A stretch of DNA of 64,000 nt from Verrucomicrobiota bacterium (lineage in GTDB: Bacteria; Verrucomicrobiota; Verrucomicrobiia; Opitutales; Opitutaceae): assembly GCA_048498075.1 (NCBI GenBank), contig JBEHYR010000007.1, forward strand, positions 39,949 to 103,948, given 5' to 3'. The position numbers and the translations under genes are program-made. Each line of letters starts with the position of its first letter. The first letter of the stretch is position 1. Under the pieces are notes generated by a model. It searched no databases. It saw nothing but the letters and a program-made list of their open reading frames with translations, and was not told the DNA's origin. Below, one piece after another: positions 10,927 through 20,103 of this stretch.

Positions 10927-11321
10927 ATTTCCAAGGCACCGTCCTGCTCGTCGACGACGAGCCCCACATTCGAAAATACGTTGGTCTCATCCTCAAGCAG
11001 CTCGGCGTCCAGCAGACCTTCGAAGCCGGCAACGGCCAGGACGCGATTGCGACGTACCAGCGGGAGCAGCCCGACCTCGTGCTCCTCGACATCAGCATGC
11101 CGGTGATGGATGGACTCACGACGTTGAAGAATCTCATGGAGGTCGATTCCAACGCCGTCGTCATCATGCTCACCTCGATCGTCAACCGCCAGAGCATCGA
11201 CGAAGCGCTCGCCCTCGGCGCGGCGAACTACATCCGCAAGGACACGCCGAAGGAAGAGATCGCCGCCGCCCTCACCGAAACGATCGATACCTATTTCGAA
11301 ACCGAAGAACCCGGCGCATGA
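10923..11321 (+). CDS. Single-domain response regulator (CheY-like)
   Basis: VLLVDDE, LLDISMPVMDG, YIRK; ATGA overlap with the kinase stop. Confidence 0.92.
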   Translation: MNFQGTVLLVDDEPHIRKYVGLILKQLGVQQTFEAGNGQDAIATYQREQPDLVLLDISMPVMDGLTTLKNLMEVDSNAVVIMLTSIVNRQSIDEALALGAANYIRKDTPKEEIAAALTETIDTYFETEEPGA

Positions 11322-11521
11322 GCCACGTCGAAAAATCCGCTTCACCCCGCGATGACGCGCCGGCGATCGGCGAGGTCCGCTATTCACTCCCCCAGATGTT
11401 GCGGGAACTCGAAATCGAACGCGCCACCAGCTCGTTCGCCACCGAGAAACTCGACCAGGTCGAGATCGGAAAACTCTTCAAGAATCGCGCGCAGTCCCGC
11501 CGTGCTAAACCCAAAAAATAA
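11318..11521 (+). CDS. Small hypothetical protein (67 aa)
   Basis: ATGA-coupled to the response regulator; GC3-rich codons; MSHVEKS...YSLPQMLRELEIERATSSFATEKLDQVEIGKLF. Confidence 0.6.
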   Translation: MSHVEKSASPRDDAPAIGEVRYSLPQMLRELEIERATSSFATEKLDQVEIGKLFKNRAQSRRAKPKK

Positions 11522-13208
11522 CGACTTTCTCGACAGCATCCGGCGCCGTCCTCACTTCGACTACGCGCAGGAACTCTCAGCCCTCGTCGAACGCCACGGC
11601 GGCACCATCGAATTGGTGCACGCGATCATCGACGAAAAATGGCTCTCGAAGGACGAGACCTGCAAACTCTGGGCCGACTCCATGGGCGTCGCCTACGTCG
11701 ATCCCTTCGCCTCCGTCATCACCGACGAAGCGATCGAGCTGATCCCCGTCGAGATCGCGAAAAAAACCAAAGCCATCGGCCTCTACGTCATCAACGGCGT
11801 GCTCACCGTCGCCATGGCCGCGCCCGCCGATGGCGATCTGATCAAGCGCATCGGCCAGATCGCGCAGATGCCCGTCAGCCCCGTCTTCGCCCTGCCGCGC
11901 GAGATCGAGGACGCGATCTCGATCCACTACTGCACCGAGAAAAACCTCGAGGAGAGCCTCAACGAACTCGAGCACTCCAGCCTCTTCGACAAGCCCGACC
12001 TCGCCGCCGACAAACTCGCCGCTCTCGCCGAGAACAATTCCCTCACCCAAATCCTCGACGAGGTCATCTATTTCGGCCTCCGCGAGCGCGCCACCGATCT
12101 CCACATCGAGGCGCAGGAAATGCAGTGCCGGATCCGCTTCCGCATCGACGGCAATCTCCGCGAAATCCTCACCTACTCCCGCAAACTCCACCGCGCCCTC
12201 ATCTCGCGCCTGAAAATTCTCTGCGGCCTCAACATCTCCGAATCGCGTTTCCCGCAGGACGGCCGCTTCTCGATGCCCATCGGCACGCAGACCGCGAACT
12301 TCCGCGTCTCGACGATCCCGTCCGCCTACGGCGAGAAAGCCGTCATCCGCATCCTCGCGATGACCGGCAAGAAGACGATGCTGACGCTGGACAAGATGCT
12401 CATCTCGCAGACCGTCCTCCAGCCGTTCAAGCGCCTCATCCAGAATCCCAACGGCATCATCTTCGTCACCGGCCCGACCGGCTCCGGCAAGACCACCACG
12501 CTTTACGCCGCGCTCCACGAAATCAATACGCCCGGCGTCAACATCTCCACGATCGAGGATCCGATCGAAATCCAGCTCGCCGGCGTCACCCAGAGCCAGG
12601 TCAACAGCCACATCGACCTGAAGTTCTCCACCATCCTCCGCGCCCTCATGCGCCAGGATCCCGACGCGATTCTCATCGGCGAAATTCGCGATCTCGAGAC
12701 GGCGAAGATTGCCACCGAAGCCGCGCTCACCGGCCACATTGTTTTCGCCACGCTGCACACGAACACCGCCGCCCAAGCGATCGTCCGCCTCATCGAAATC
12801 GGCGTCGAACCCTACATGGTCGCGCCCTCCGTCATCGGCGTGCTCGCTCAGCGCCTCGCCGCGCGGATTTGCGACAACTGCAAAGTCGCCTACTACCCCT
12901 CGAAGGAAACGCTCGGCAAATATTTTCTCGATGACGGCCTCACCGAAGTCCCCTTCTACCGCGGCCGCGGCTGCAACGCCTGTCGCAACACCGGCTACAA
13001 GGGTCGTGTCGCCTTTCACGAACTCGTCCTCATCACCGAGGAGATCCGTTCGCTCATTTCCGAAGGCAAAAGCGCCCAGGAAATCACCAAGGCCGCCGCC
13101 AAAGTCGGCTTCAAACCGCTCCGCTACGACGGCCTGAAGAAAGTTCTCCTCGGCCTGACCACCATCGACGAAATCGACCAGAACACCTCTTTCGAGTGGT
13201 CCTCGTAA
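11502..13208 (+). CDS. GspE/PilB-family secretion/pilus ATPase
   Basis: Walker A GPTGSGKTTT, IEDPIE, DPDAILIGEIRD, ATLHTN, tetracysteine CDNC...CNAC. GTG start at 11502 is inferred. Confidence 0.93.
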   Translation: MLNPKNNDFLDSIRRRPHFDYAQELSALVERHGGTIELVHAIIDEKWLSKDETCKLWADSMGVAYVDPFASVITDEAIELIPVEIAKKTKAIGLYVINGVLTVAMAAPADGDLIKRIGQIAQMPVSPVFALPREIEDAISIHYCTEKNLEESLNELEHSSLFDKPDLAADKLAALAENNSLTQILDEVIYFGLRERATDLHIEAQEMQCRIRFRIDGNLREILTYSRKLHRALISRLKILCGLNISESRFPQDGRFSMPIGTQTANFRVSTIPSAYGEKAVIRILAMTGKKTMLTLDKMLISQTVLQPFKRLIQNPNGIIFVTGPTGSGKTTTLYAALHEINTPGVNISTIEDPIEIQLAGVTQSQVNSHIDLKFSTILRALMRQDPDAILIGEIRDLETAKIATEAALTGHIVFATLHTNTAAQAIVRLIEIGVEPYMVAPSVIGVLAQRLAARICDNCKVAYYPSKETLGKYFLDDGLTEVPFYRGRGCNACRNTGYKGRVAFHELVLITEEIRSLISEGKSAQEITKAAAKVGFKPLRYDGLKKVLLGLTTIDEIDQNTSFEWSS

Positions 13209-13247
13209 GAACAAACTCCGTTCAACTCCCGCCCAACTCTCCACCCT

Positions 13248-13610
13248 ATGGCCGACCTTCCGCTCATCGACCAGCAAGCGATCGAAAATCTTCGCGCCCT
13301 CAATCCCGGCGACAACGACGAATTCCTCCGGGAGATCGTCGCGATCTATCTCGAAGACACGCCCCAGCGCCTCGCCGAACTGGACCAAAGCCTCGCCGCC
13401 GGCGACGTCTCCAAATTCACCCGCGCCGCCCACAGCATCAAGGGCAGCTCCGCCAATCTCGGCGCCTCCACCGTCCGCGCCGCCGCCGAAAAACTCGAGC
13501 ACCAATCCGGCAAGCAAGGCCTCGCCGACGTCGCCGGCCTCATGGCCGAGGTGAAAGCCGAATTCGCCCGCGCGCACGCCGAACTCTCGAAACTCCTCGC
13601 GCCGCGCTAG
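13248..13610 (+). CDS. Hpt (histidine phosphotransfer) protein
   Basis: AAHSIKGSSANLGA signature. Confidence 0.92.
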   Translation: MADLPLIDQQAIENLRALNPGDNDEFLREIVAIYLEDTPQRLAELDQSLAAGDVSKFTRAAHSIKGSSANLGASTVRAAAEKLEHQSGKQGLADVAGLMAEVKAEFARAHAELSKLLAPR

Positions 13611-13616
13611 CGGTTT

Positions 13617-13667
13617 GGAGTGCGGTGGCTCGACCCCGCTTTTCGACCGCCGCGGCTCGACGCGGCG
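13617..13667. repeat. REP-like double-hairpin element (GGAGTGCGG...CCGCTTT family)
   Basis: Close relative at 35511-35558; both copies carry a second GGCTCGAC hairpin. Confidence 0.7.
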
Positions 13668-13820
13668 CATCTGCCAGGATCTTCGCCCACCAGGATCGCC
13701 TGCCCGCAGGCTTCTCCATCCGACCCGCCGCGCGGCTGCACTATTTTCCAACCCGCCCCAGAGGCTGTCAGGCACTTTGGAACGGTTTCAAAAGTAGTGT
13801 CGCCGTGTTTTGGATCGGAT

Positions 13821-13887
13821 GGAGGAGCCTGCTTGCAGGCGAGCCCGGCGGGCGAAAGTCCAACATCGCCTGCAAGCAGGCTCCTAC
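13821..13887. repeat. Inverted REP doublet, family A ((GT/GG)AGGAGCCTGCTTGCAGGCGA)
   Basis: 22-bp arms at 13821-13842 and 13866-13887. Confidence 0.9.
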
Positions 13888-13895
13888 ATCGGCTA

Positions 13896-14042
13896 TAGAG
13901 GCTGTCATGAACTTTCTGTCACAGCCCCAGAGGTAGGGCGGGCATTCCGCTGCCCGCCGGAAAGTCTTTTGTCATTCGCGGCGCTCACGGAATGAGCGCC
14001 CTGCCGGCGAAACCTTCGAACTAAAGTTCATGACAGCCTCTA
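13896..14042. mobile_element. MITE: 143 bp, perfect 18-bp terminal inverted repeats, TA duplication
   Basis: GAGGCTGTCATGAACTTT (13898-13915) and AAAGTTCATGACAGCCTC (14023-14040), with TA on both sides; internal GTAG hairpin at 13933-13958. Confidence 0.75.
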
Positions 14043-16193
14043 GCGATACAGCGCCGTCGTCGGCGCCGCCGTGAGCACATTGTATTGCCGCATCGCGAGC
14101 CGCCACCATTCCGCCAGCGACGCCGCCGGACAACTCCACAGCTCCCGGTGCAGCCAGATCATCGATTCCGCATCGAGGAGCAGCGCCATCTTTTCCTTCG
14201 TCGTGAAATTTTCCGGCCCCTCGTGCAACAGCCGGTGCCGCAGCTGCGCGAACCACTCGCGCGCCTCGTCGTTCGAACGGCGTTGCCGCAGCAGCGCGAC
14301 ATGCATCGCGTTCACATACGGATCGAGCACCGCCTGCAGCAGGCCGTAATCGGCGCGCAGCGGCCGGATCGGCTGCAAGTGCCGGTAGCACTCAGCCAGA
14401 TTTTGGCGCAGCCGCCGCAGTTCGTAGTTCGGCTGCGTCTCCTCCGGCGTGAGAAACAGCCCCACCTCCCGCGCGCGCCGGCCGAATCGGGCCTGGCTCA
14501 ACAAAATCGAAATCGGAATCGCGAACACCAACCCCGCCACCACCGGGCTCAGCCACCAGAAAAATGCCGGCAACAAAATCAACGCCGACAGTCCCCACAC
14601 GAGCCCGACCAGCGACTGCCCGACGTGCGTGATGATCGCCTCGCGCCAGTCGGTGCCGTCCTCGCCTTCCGCGGAACCCCGCTTCTGCGTCACCCACGAC
14701 ACGCCCTGACCGAGCAGCGTGAAGAGCACGAACTTCGAGTGAAACATCATGTTGATCGGCGCGAGCAGGGTCGAAATCGCCATCTCGCCCAGCGCGCTGA
14801 TCGCGAAGCGCACGCGCCCGCCGAATTGCTCCACTTCCTCGCGCCGGCCGAGCATCACGAAAATGCTCACCAGCTTCGGCAGGAAGAGCAGCAGCATCGT
14901 GAACAGGAACAGCGTCAGCGCTTCCGGCACCTCGATCTCATAGCCGAACAGCGACGTGTAGTCTTCCGGCCGCGCGCGGCCCGAGGCAGGCGAGGTCGCC
15001 AGATCGAGGGCGTTGATCGAGCTGAGAAACAAAAACAGCAGCCACAGCGGCGACGACAGATAAGCCATCACGCCCATGAAAAGATGGAAGCGATTCGCCG
15101 GCCGGAATCCGCGCGCCGTCAGCAGCCACGCGTGCTGCATGTTGCCCTGGCTCCAGCGCCGGTCGCGTTTCGCGCTCTCGATCAACGTCGGCGGGCCTTC
15201 CTCGTAGCTGCCGTCGATGTCGTGCGCGAGCCACACCGCCCAGCCCGCCCGCCGCATCAACGCCGCCTCGACGAAATCGTGCGATAATATCCGCCCGCCG
15301 AACGGCTCGCTCCCCGGCAAATCCGGCAGCGAGCAGTGCTCCATGAACGGCTGCACGCGGATGATCGCGTTGTGCCCCCAGTAATTTCCCTCGTGCTGCT
15401 GCCAGTAGTGCAGCCCCGCGAGAAAAAGCGGGCTGTACACGCGATTCGCGAACGACTGCAGCCGGGCGTAGAGCGTCTCGCCGTTCACGATCCGCGGCGC
15501 GGTCTGGATGATGCCCGCCTGCGGATTTTTTTCCATCAACGACACGAGTTGCACGAGCGCCCGGCCGGTCATGATCGAGTCCGCATCGAGCACGACCATG
15601 TAACGATAATTTTTTCCCCAGCGCCGCAAGAAGTCCGCGATGTTGCCGGCCTTCTTGTTGATTTGATTCAGCCGCTTCCGGTAAAAAATTTTTCCGAACC
15701 CGTCGACTTGCTTGCAGAGTTCCAGCCACGCCACCTCTTCCACGATCCATTGCGAGGGCTGGTTCGAATCGCTGAGCACGAAGAAGTCGAAGTGCTCCAG
15801 CTTCTTCGTCTCCTGCACGGAGCGAAACACCACGCGCAAGCCCTCGAACACGCGGCTCACGTCCTCGTTGAAGACCGGCATCACGATCGCGGTCGAAGCG
15901 AGCGGCACTTCCTCGCCCCGCGCCAGCGTCGCCATCACCCGGCTGCTGTCGCCGCCACGGTTGATCACGTAAAACCCCGCGAGCGCCGTGCAGAAGCCCA
16001 CCGCCACCTGTGAAAACAGCACCACGAACAGCAGCAGCAGCGTGAACTCCAACGCCGTGATACCGTCGCGCCAGAGCAAATCGGCCATGAACCACGTCGC
16101 GAGGCTCGTCAGGAAAAAGATCGACGAGAAAAACGAGAACCGCCGCCGGTTCAGCCGGGCGGAGGTCATGCGTTCGTTGAAAGCGTAGCGCAT
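14040..16193 (-). CDS. opgH: Osmoregulated periplasmic glucan glucosyltransferase OpgH/MdoH
   Basis: MPVFNED, KKAGNIADF, LDADS, YWGHNAIIR, ILSHDFVEAALM, RDRRWSQGN. Confidence 0.96.
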   Translation of the reverse strand: MRYAFNERMTSARLNRRRFSFFSSIFFLTSLATWFMADLLWRDGITALEFTLLLLFVVLFSQVAVGFCTALAGFYVINRGGDSSRVMATLARGEEVPLASTAIVMPVFNEDVSRVFEGLRVVFRSVQETKKLEHFDFFVLSDSNQPSQWIVEEVAWLELCKQVDGFGKIFYRKRLNQINKKAGNIADFLRRWGKNYRYMVVLDADSIMTGRALVQLVSLMEKNPQAGIIQTAPRIVNGETLYARLQSFANRVYSPLFLAGLHYWQQHEGNYWGHNAIIRVQPFMEHCSLPDLPGSEPFGGRILSHDFVEAALMRRAGWAVWLAHDIDGSYEEGPPTLIESAKRDRRWSQGNMQHAWLLTARGFRPANRFHLFMGVMAYLSSPLWLLFLFLSSINALDLATSPASGRARPEDYTSLFGYEIEVPEALTLFLFTMLLLFLPKLVSIFVMLGRREEVEQFGGRVRFAISALGEMAISTLLAPINMMFHSKFVLFTLLGQGVSWVTQKRGSAEGEDGTDWREAIITHVGQSLVGLVWGLSALILLPAFFWWLSPVVAGLVFAIPISILLSQARFGRRAREVGLFLTPEETQPNYELRRLRQNLAECYRHLQPIRPLRADYGLLQAVLDPYVNAMHVALLRQRRSNDEAREWFAQLRHRLLHEGPENFTTKEKMALLLDAESMIWLHRELWSCPAASLAEWWRLAMRQYNVLTAAPTTALYR

Positions 16194-16202
16194 GGGTTAG
16201 AG

Positions 16203-16280
16203 CCAGGGCGTGTCGTCCCCGACGCGCCGGATCGGTCCCACCGCGAGATCTCGCGGCGCGTTAAGGATCGCGCGCCCGGC
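16203..16280. repeat. Inverted REP-like doublet (GGCGCG...CGCGCC family)
   Basis: Hairpins at 16207-16228 and 16255-16276; relative at 39985-40010. Confidence 0.65.
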
Positions 16281-16290
16281 CTGCCTGACC

Positions 16291-16884
16291 TCACCGCGTC
16301 GCATAAAAAATCGCCGCGAGCACCCCGGCGAAAAGCAGCCACAAAAACAGCGTCCGCAGCAGCGGCAGTTTTTCGAATCGCTCGAGCGTCTCGCCCGCCG
16401 CCTCGGAAATCGGCCCGAGGTCGATCGGCCGTGGCACCATGCTCGACACTGCCATGTCCGGCCCGGCCGTCAGCGCGCCCGTCTGCATCGCCTTCACAAA
16501 TTCCTCGGGCATTTTGTTTTCCTCGAGAAACGCGTCCGACCACTTCTGCGGTCCATCGCACAGCAGCAGCGCCACGCGGCCGTCCACCGCGATCCGTTCG
16601 TGCGGCTGCTCGCGCACCCCGAGCGCGTGCGCGAACCACTGGTCCATCATCCGCTCCGTCTCCTCGGCCGCGAGGGTCGTCGGTTCGACCATCGGATCCG
16701 CCGCGTGACGCTGCGCCGCGCGCTCGAGGATTTTCAAAATCAGCCGGCTCGAGTGCAGCCGGTTGTGGATCCGGTGCGCGCGCAAGTAGTCCTCGACGCG
16801 CACATACGCGTCGTTCCACGCGTCCATCGAGCCCGTCGTCGGCCGAAACGCACCGGGCAACTCGATTGGCTGCACCTCGCTCAC
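16291..16884 (-). CDS. Hypothetical protein with a C-terminal TM anchor, between opgG and opgH
   Basis: GTGA overlap with the opgG stop; AWNDAYVRVEDYLRAH; C-terminal LFLWLLFAGVLAAIFY. Confidence 0.8.
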   Translation of the reverse strand: MSEVQPIELPGAFRPTTGSMDAWNDAYVRVEDYLRAHRIHNRLHSSRLILKILERAAQRHAADPMVEPTTLAAEETERMMDQWFAHALGVREQPHERIAVDGRVALLLCDGPQKWSDAFLEENKMPEEFVKAMQTGALTAGPDMAVSSMVPRPIDLGPISEAAGETLERFEKLPLLRTLFLWLLFAGVLAAIFYATR

Positions 16885-18389
16885 GGTTGCCAGAGATAAC
16901 TCCACGTCTCCGTGAGCACGTGCGGCGATTTTTTCAGGAAGCACCGCAACTCGACCGGCTGTTTCGAGCCGTCCGGCCGGATCGAGAACGCCACCCGCCA
17001 CGTGCCATTATGAGGATTCTTCAACACGACGGAATGCGTGAGCTTCGCACCGGTGCCGACGGTCACGACCGCTTCGATCGCCGGGTCCGCGCCTTGTTTC
17101 GCGAGATAGGGACTCGAAAAATCCACGAAGAAGCGTTCGAGGTCCGGCTCGTGGGTTTTCGTGCGACCGTGCCGCGTCGCCACGGCGTAGCCGCCCGGCG
17201 GCTTGATCTGATCGAGAAACCAGTGCAGCCGATACTCGTATTGCAGCGCCTCGCCCGGCGGCGGCAGTTTCTCCGGCACCCAGAATGCGACGATGTTGTC
17301 GTTCGTTTCGTCCGGCGTGGACAGCTCGACGAGGCGCACTGCACCGCGGCCCCATTTGCCGATCGGCTCGATCCAGACACTCGGCCGTTGATCGTAGGAG
17401 GCTTCGAGATCCTGATAATTTTCGAAATTCCGGTCGCGTTGAAACAACCCGAATCCGTGCGGGTTCTCGTCGCTGAACGCCGCCACGCGCATCGTCGCCG
17501 GATTCGTCAAGGGCCGCCACAGCCACTCGCCCGCGCCGGTCGCGAGCAAGAGACCGTCGGAGTCGTGCACCTCGGGGCGAAAATCATCCGTCACCGCATT
17601 CGTGTTCTCGCCGTGCCAGAACATGCTCGTGAGCGGGGCCAGCCCCACGGTCTTCACCGCCTTGCGGAAAAACAGCGCGGCTTTCACGTCCGCCACCGTG
17701 TCCGCACCCGGCGTGACGATAAAACGATACGCACCCGCCACGCTCGGGCTGTCGAGGAGCGCGTAAATCGTGATCGCCTTCGCATCCTGCGCCGGCCGCT
17801 CGATCCAGAATTCCGTGAACGTGGGAAACTCCTCGCCCCCCGGCTCCGCGGTGTTGAGCGCGAGCCCGCGCGCCGACAGCCCGTAGATCGCTTTCTGGCA
17901 GAGCAGCCGGAAATAGCTCGCGCCTTGGAACGCGCCGAGCTCGTCGCCCGGCTTGTTCAATGCGTAGAGCATGCGAAAACCCGCGAAGCCCATCGAACTC
18001 GGCAGCTCGCCCGTTTTCAGCCGGTCGTAGATGAAGAGTTTCGCGTCGAACGGAATCGGTTCCGCCTGACCGTGCTTGATCTCGGAAATCTGCACCGTGC
18101 GATTGAGCAGGAAGCCGGGATGGAAAAACTGCAGTTGAAACGGCAGGCCGTCGCGGCGCCACCACGCGCGTTCCGGATCGAAACGGATGAGACGGTGCTC
18201 GTCGTAAGTGAGCTTCGTCAGCCACTCGGGCACGCGGTTCGGCGGCGCGATGTAGGGCTTCTCGGCGAGTACTTTCGCGCGATAGCGCAGCGTTTCAAAA
18301 TCGAAATGGTCGTCGTCGGCGCGCGCCGCCGGACCGAGTGATGCGCCGAGGAGGAGCGCGACCAAAGCTGCCTGGGAAACGAGTTTCAT
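16881..18389 (-). CDS. opgG: Periplasmic glucan biosynthesis protein OpgG/MdoG
   Basis: Signal peptide; FQGASYFR, YGLSARGLA, EEFPTFTEFW, RPEVHDSDGL, DETNDNIVAFW, LTETWSYLW. Confidence 0.96.
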   Translation of the reverse strand: MKLVSQAALVALLLGASLGPAARADDDHFDFETLRYRAKVLAEKPYIAPPNRVPEWLTKLTYDEHRLIRFDPERAWWRRDGLPFQLQFFHPGFLLNRTVQISEIKHGQAEPIPFDAKLFIYDRLKTGELPSSMGFAGFRMLYALNKPGDELGAFQGASYFRLLCQKAIYGLSARGLALNTAEPGGEEFPTFTEFWIERPAQDAKAITIYALLDSPSVAGAYRFIVTPGADTVADVKAALFFRKAVKTVGLAPLTSMFWHGENTNAVTDDFRPEVHDSDGLLLATGAGEWLWRPLTNPATMRVAAFSDENPHGFGLFQRDRNFENYQDLEASYDQRPSVWIEPIGKWGRGAVRLVELSTPDETNDNIVAFWVPEKLPPPGEALQYEYRLHWFLDQIKPPGGYAVATRHGRTKTHEPDLERFFVDFSSPYLAKQGADPAIEAVVTVGTGAKLTHSVVLKNPHNGTWRVAFSIRPDGSKQPVELRCFLKKSPHVLTETWSYLWQP

Positions 18390-19324
18390 TTGTCCAAAAA
18401 ATATCCGCGTTGCTTCCCCGAAATCGGCAGCCCCGCCCGCTCCATCACTTTCAGCAAATCATCCCAAATCATCCGCTTCGAACGATTGGACTGGTTGCGC
18501 AGGATGTAACTCGGGTGATACGTCACCATCAGCGGCTTGCCGGCAAATTCGTGCCACTGCCCCCGCACGTCGCCCAGCGCCTTGAAGCTGCCCGCACCGA
18601 GCAGTCCCTGCGTCGCAGTCGAGCCGAGCGCGACGAGCAGGTCGGGATTCACGATCTCGATCTGCGCGCGCAGATACGGCAGGCAGTAGCGCATCTCGTC
18701 GTCGCCCGGCGGACGATTCCCGTATTGCACGCCGGCCGCGTTCACCGGCATTTCCGGCCGCCAGTTCATGATGTTCCCGATGTAGACGTCTTCGCGTTTG
18801 AGACCCATGGCTCCGATCATTTTTGTGAGCAACTGTCCCGCGGGACCGACGAACGGTTCCCCCTGGACCTCTTCTTCCGCCCCGGGCGCTTCCCCGACGA
18901 ACATGATTTTCGCATCGAGGCTCCCCACGCCGACGACCACCAATTTTCCCGGACGCACGTGCGCGCGGCAGACCGCGTCGCCCAGCACGCGTTCGCGCAA
19001 GGCCGCCATCCGCGTCGCCTTGTCGCCTTCCGGCAACGTAAACGCTACCGGCGCCGGAATCGCCGCGACACCCGCCGGCAGCCCGACCGGCTTGGCGACG
19101 ACCACCGCAGGCTCCGGCAGGTTCACCTCACGCTTCGCCGCCGTCGGCGCGGCCGCACTCGCAACCGTCACGGCGGCCGCCGCCGGTTCATGGCCGGCCG
19201 AGCGTTGGTTCGCCACCGCCTGCCGCAACGCCGCCACGCTCGTATCCAAAACAAGCACGGTCTTCACGCCCGTCGCTTTCAAGCGACGCAACTCGTCCGT
19301 GAGGGCGATCAGCGCGGATTTCAT
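18386..19324 (-). CDS. udg: Uracil-DNA glycosylase family 4
   Basis: MFVGEAPGAEEE..GEPFVGPAGQLL, TYHPSYILR. Confidence 0.92.
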   Translation of the reverse strand: MKSALIALTDELRRLKATGVKTVLVLDTSVAALRQAVANQRSAGHEPAAAAVTVASAAAPTAAKREVNLPEPAVVVAKPVGLPAGVAAIPAPVAFTLPEGDKATRMAALRERVLGDAVCRAHVRPGKLVVVGVGSLDAKIMFVGEAPGAEEEVQGEPFVGPAGQLLTKMIGAMGLKREDVYIGNIMNWRPEMPVNAAGVQYGNRPPGDDEMRYCLPYLRAQIEIVNPDLLVALGSTATQGLLGAGSFKALGDVRGQWHEFAGKPLMVTYHPSYILRNQSNRSKRMIWDDLLKVMERAGLPISGKQRGYFLDK

Positions 19325-19339
19325 GGGGAACAACAGAAG

Positions 19340-19936
19340 CTACAATTGCCGGGTGGCCAGTAACTTTTCGACATGTTTGCCGAGCAAATCGAATTCCAAA
19401 TTAACCCGCTCGCCCACGCGTCGCGAATGCAGATTCGTGGCGAGCATGGTATGCGGGATGAGCCACACCGCGAATTCGTCGTCCGTCACTTCCGCGATGG
19501 TCAGCGAGATGCCGTCGATCGCGATGCTGCCCTTGTGCACGATGTAGCGCGTCCAGCCGCCGGCCACGCGCACGCGCAGGTAGTGGTCCTTCCCGCGCGG
19601 CTCCAGCGCCACGATCTCGCCCGTCGTGTCGATGTGCCCGGTCACGAAATGCCCGCCGACCTTTCCGCCGAACCGCAGGCTGCGTTCGAGATTCACGAGC
19701 GAGCCCTCGCGAAACGCCCCGAAGTTCGTCAGCCGCTTCGTCTCCTCGAGCACGTCGAACCGCAGCGTCCCGTCGCCGACCTCGACGATCGTCAGGCAAC
19801 AGCCGTTGATGGCGACGCTGTCGCCGAGCGCCGCGTCCTGCCGCACGACGTCCGCGGCGACGATCAGCGCCCAGGCTTCCGCTTCGGCGCGAAACGACAC
19901 CACGCGCCCCGCTTCTTCAACAATTCCGGTGAACAT
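19340..19936 (-). CDS. ribE: Riboflavin synthase alpha chain
   Basis: MFTGIVEE, GDSVAINGCCLT, VNLER, GGHFVTGHID, KGSIAIDGISLT, VNLEFD. Confidence 0.96.
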   Translation of the reverse strand: MFTGIVEEAGRVVSFRAEAEAWALIVAADVVRQDAALGDSVAINGCCLTIVEVGDGTLRFDVLEETKRLTNFGAFREGSLVNLERSLRFGGKVGGHFVTGHIDTTGEIVALEPRGKDHYLRVRVAGGWTRYIVHKGSIAIDGISLTIAEVTDDEFAVWLIPHTMLATNLHSRRVGERVNLEFDLLGKHVEKLLATRQL

Positions 19937-20009
19937 GAGTTGATTCAAAAAGAGTTTTCCGCATTTGCGAGCGACTGCTCCGGGATGCATTCCATCCGAA
20001 ATCCGAAAT

Positions 20010-20076
20010 GGAGGAGCCTGCTGGCAGGCGATGATCCGCCTTCAACCACTGAAATCGCCTGCCAGCAGGCTCCTCC
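20010..20076. repeat. Inverted REP doublet, family A
   Basis: GGAGGAGCCTGCTGGCAGGCGA (20010-20031) and its reverse complement (20055-20076). Confidence 0.9.
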
Positions 20077-20103
20077 ATTTCGCATAAGGTTCACCGGCGG
20101 TTT

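Noticed and set aside
19937-20103. FMN riboswitch upstream of ribE
   Set aside because: The interval is occupied by a family A REP doublet and lacks the RFN conserved blocks
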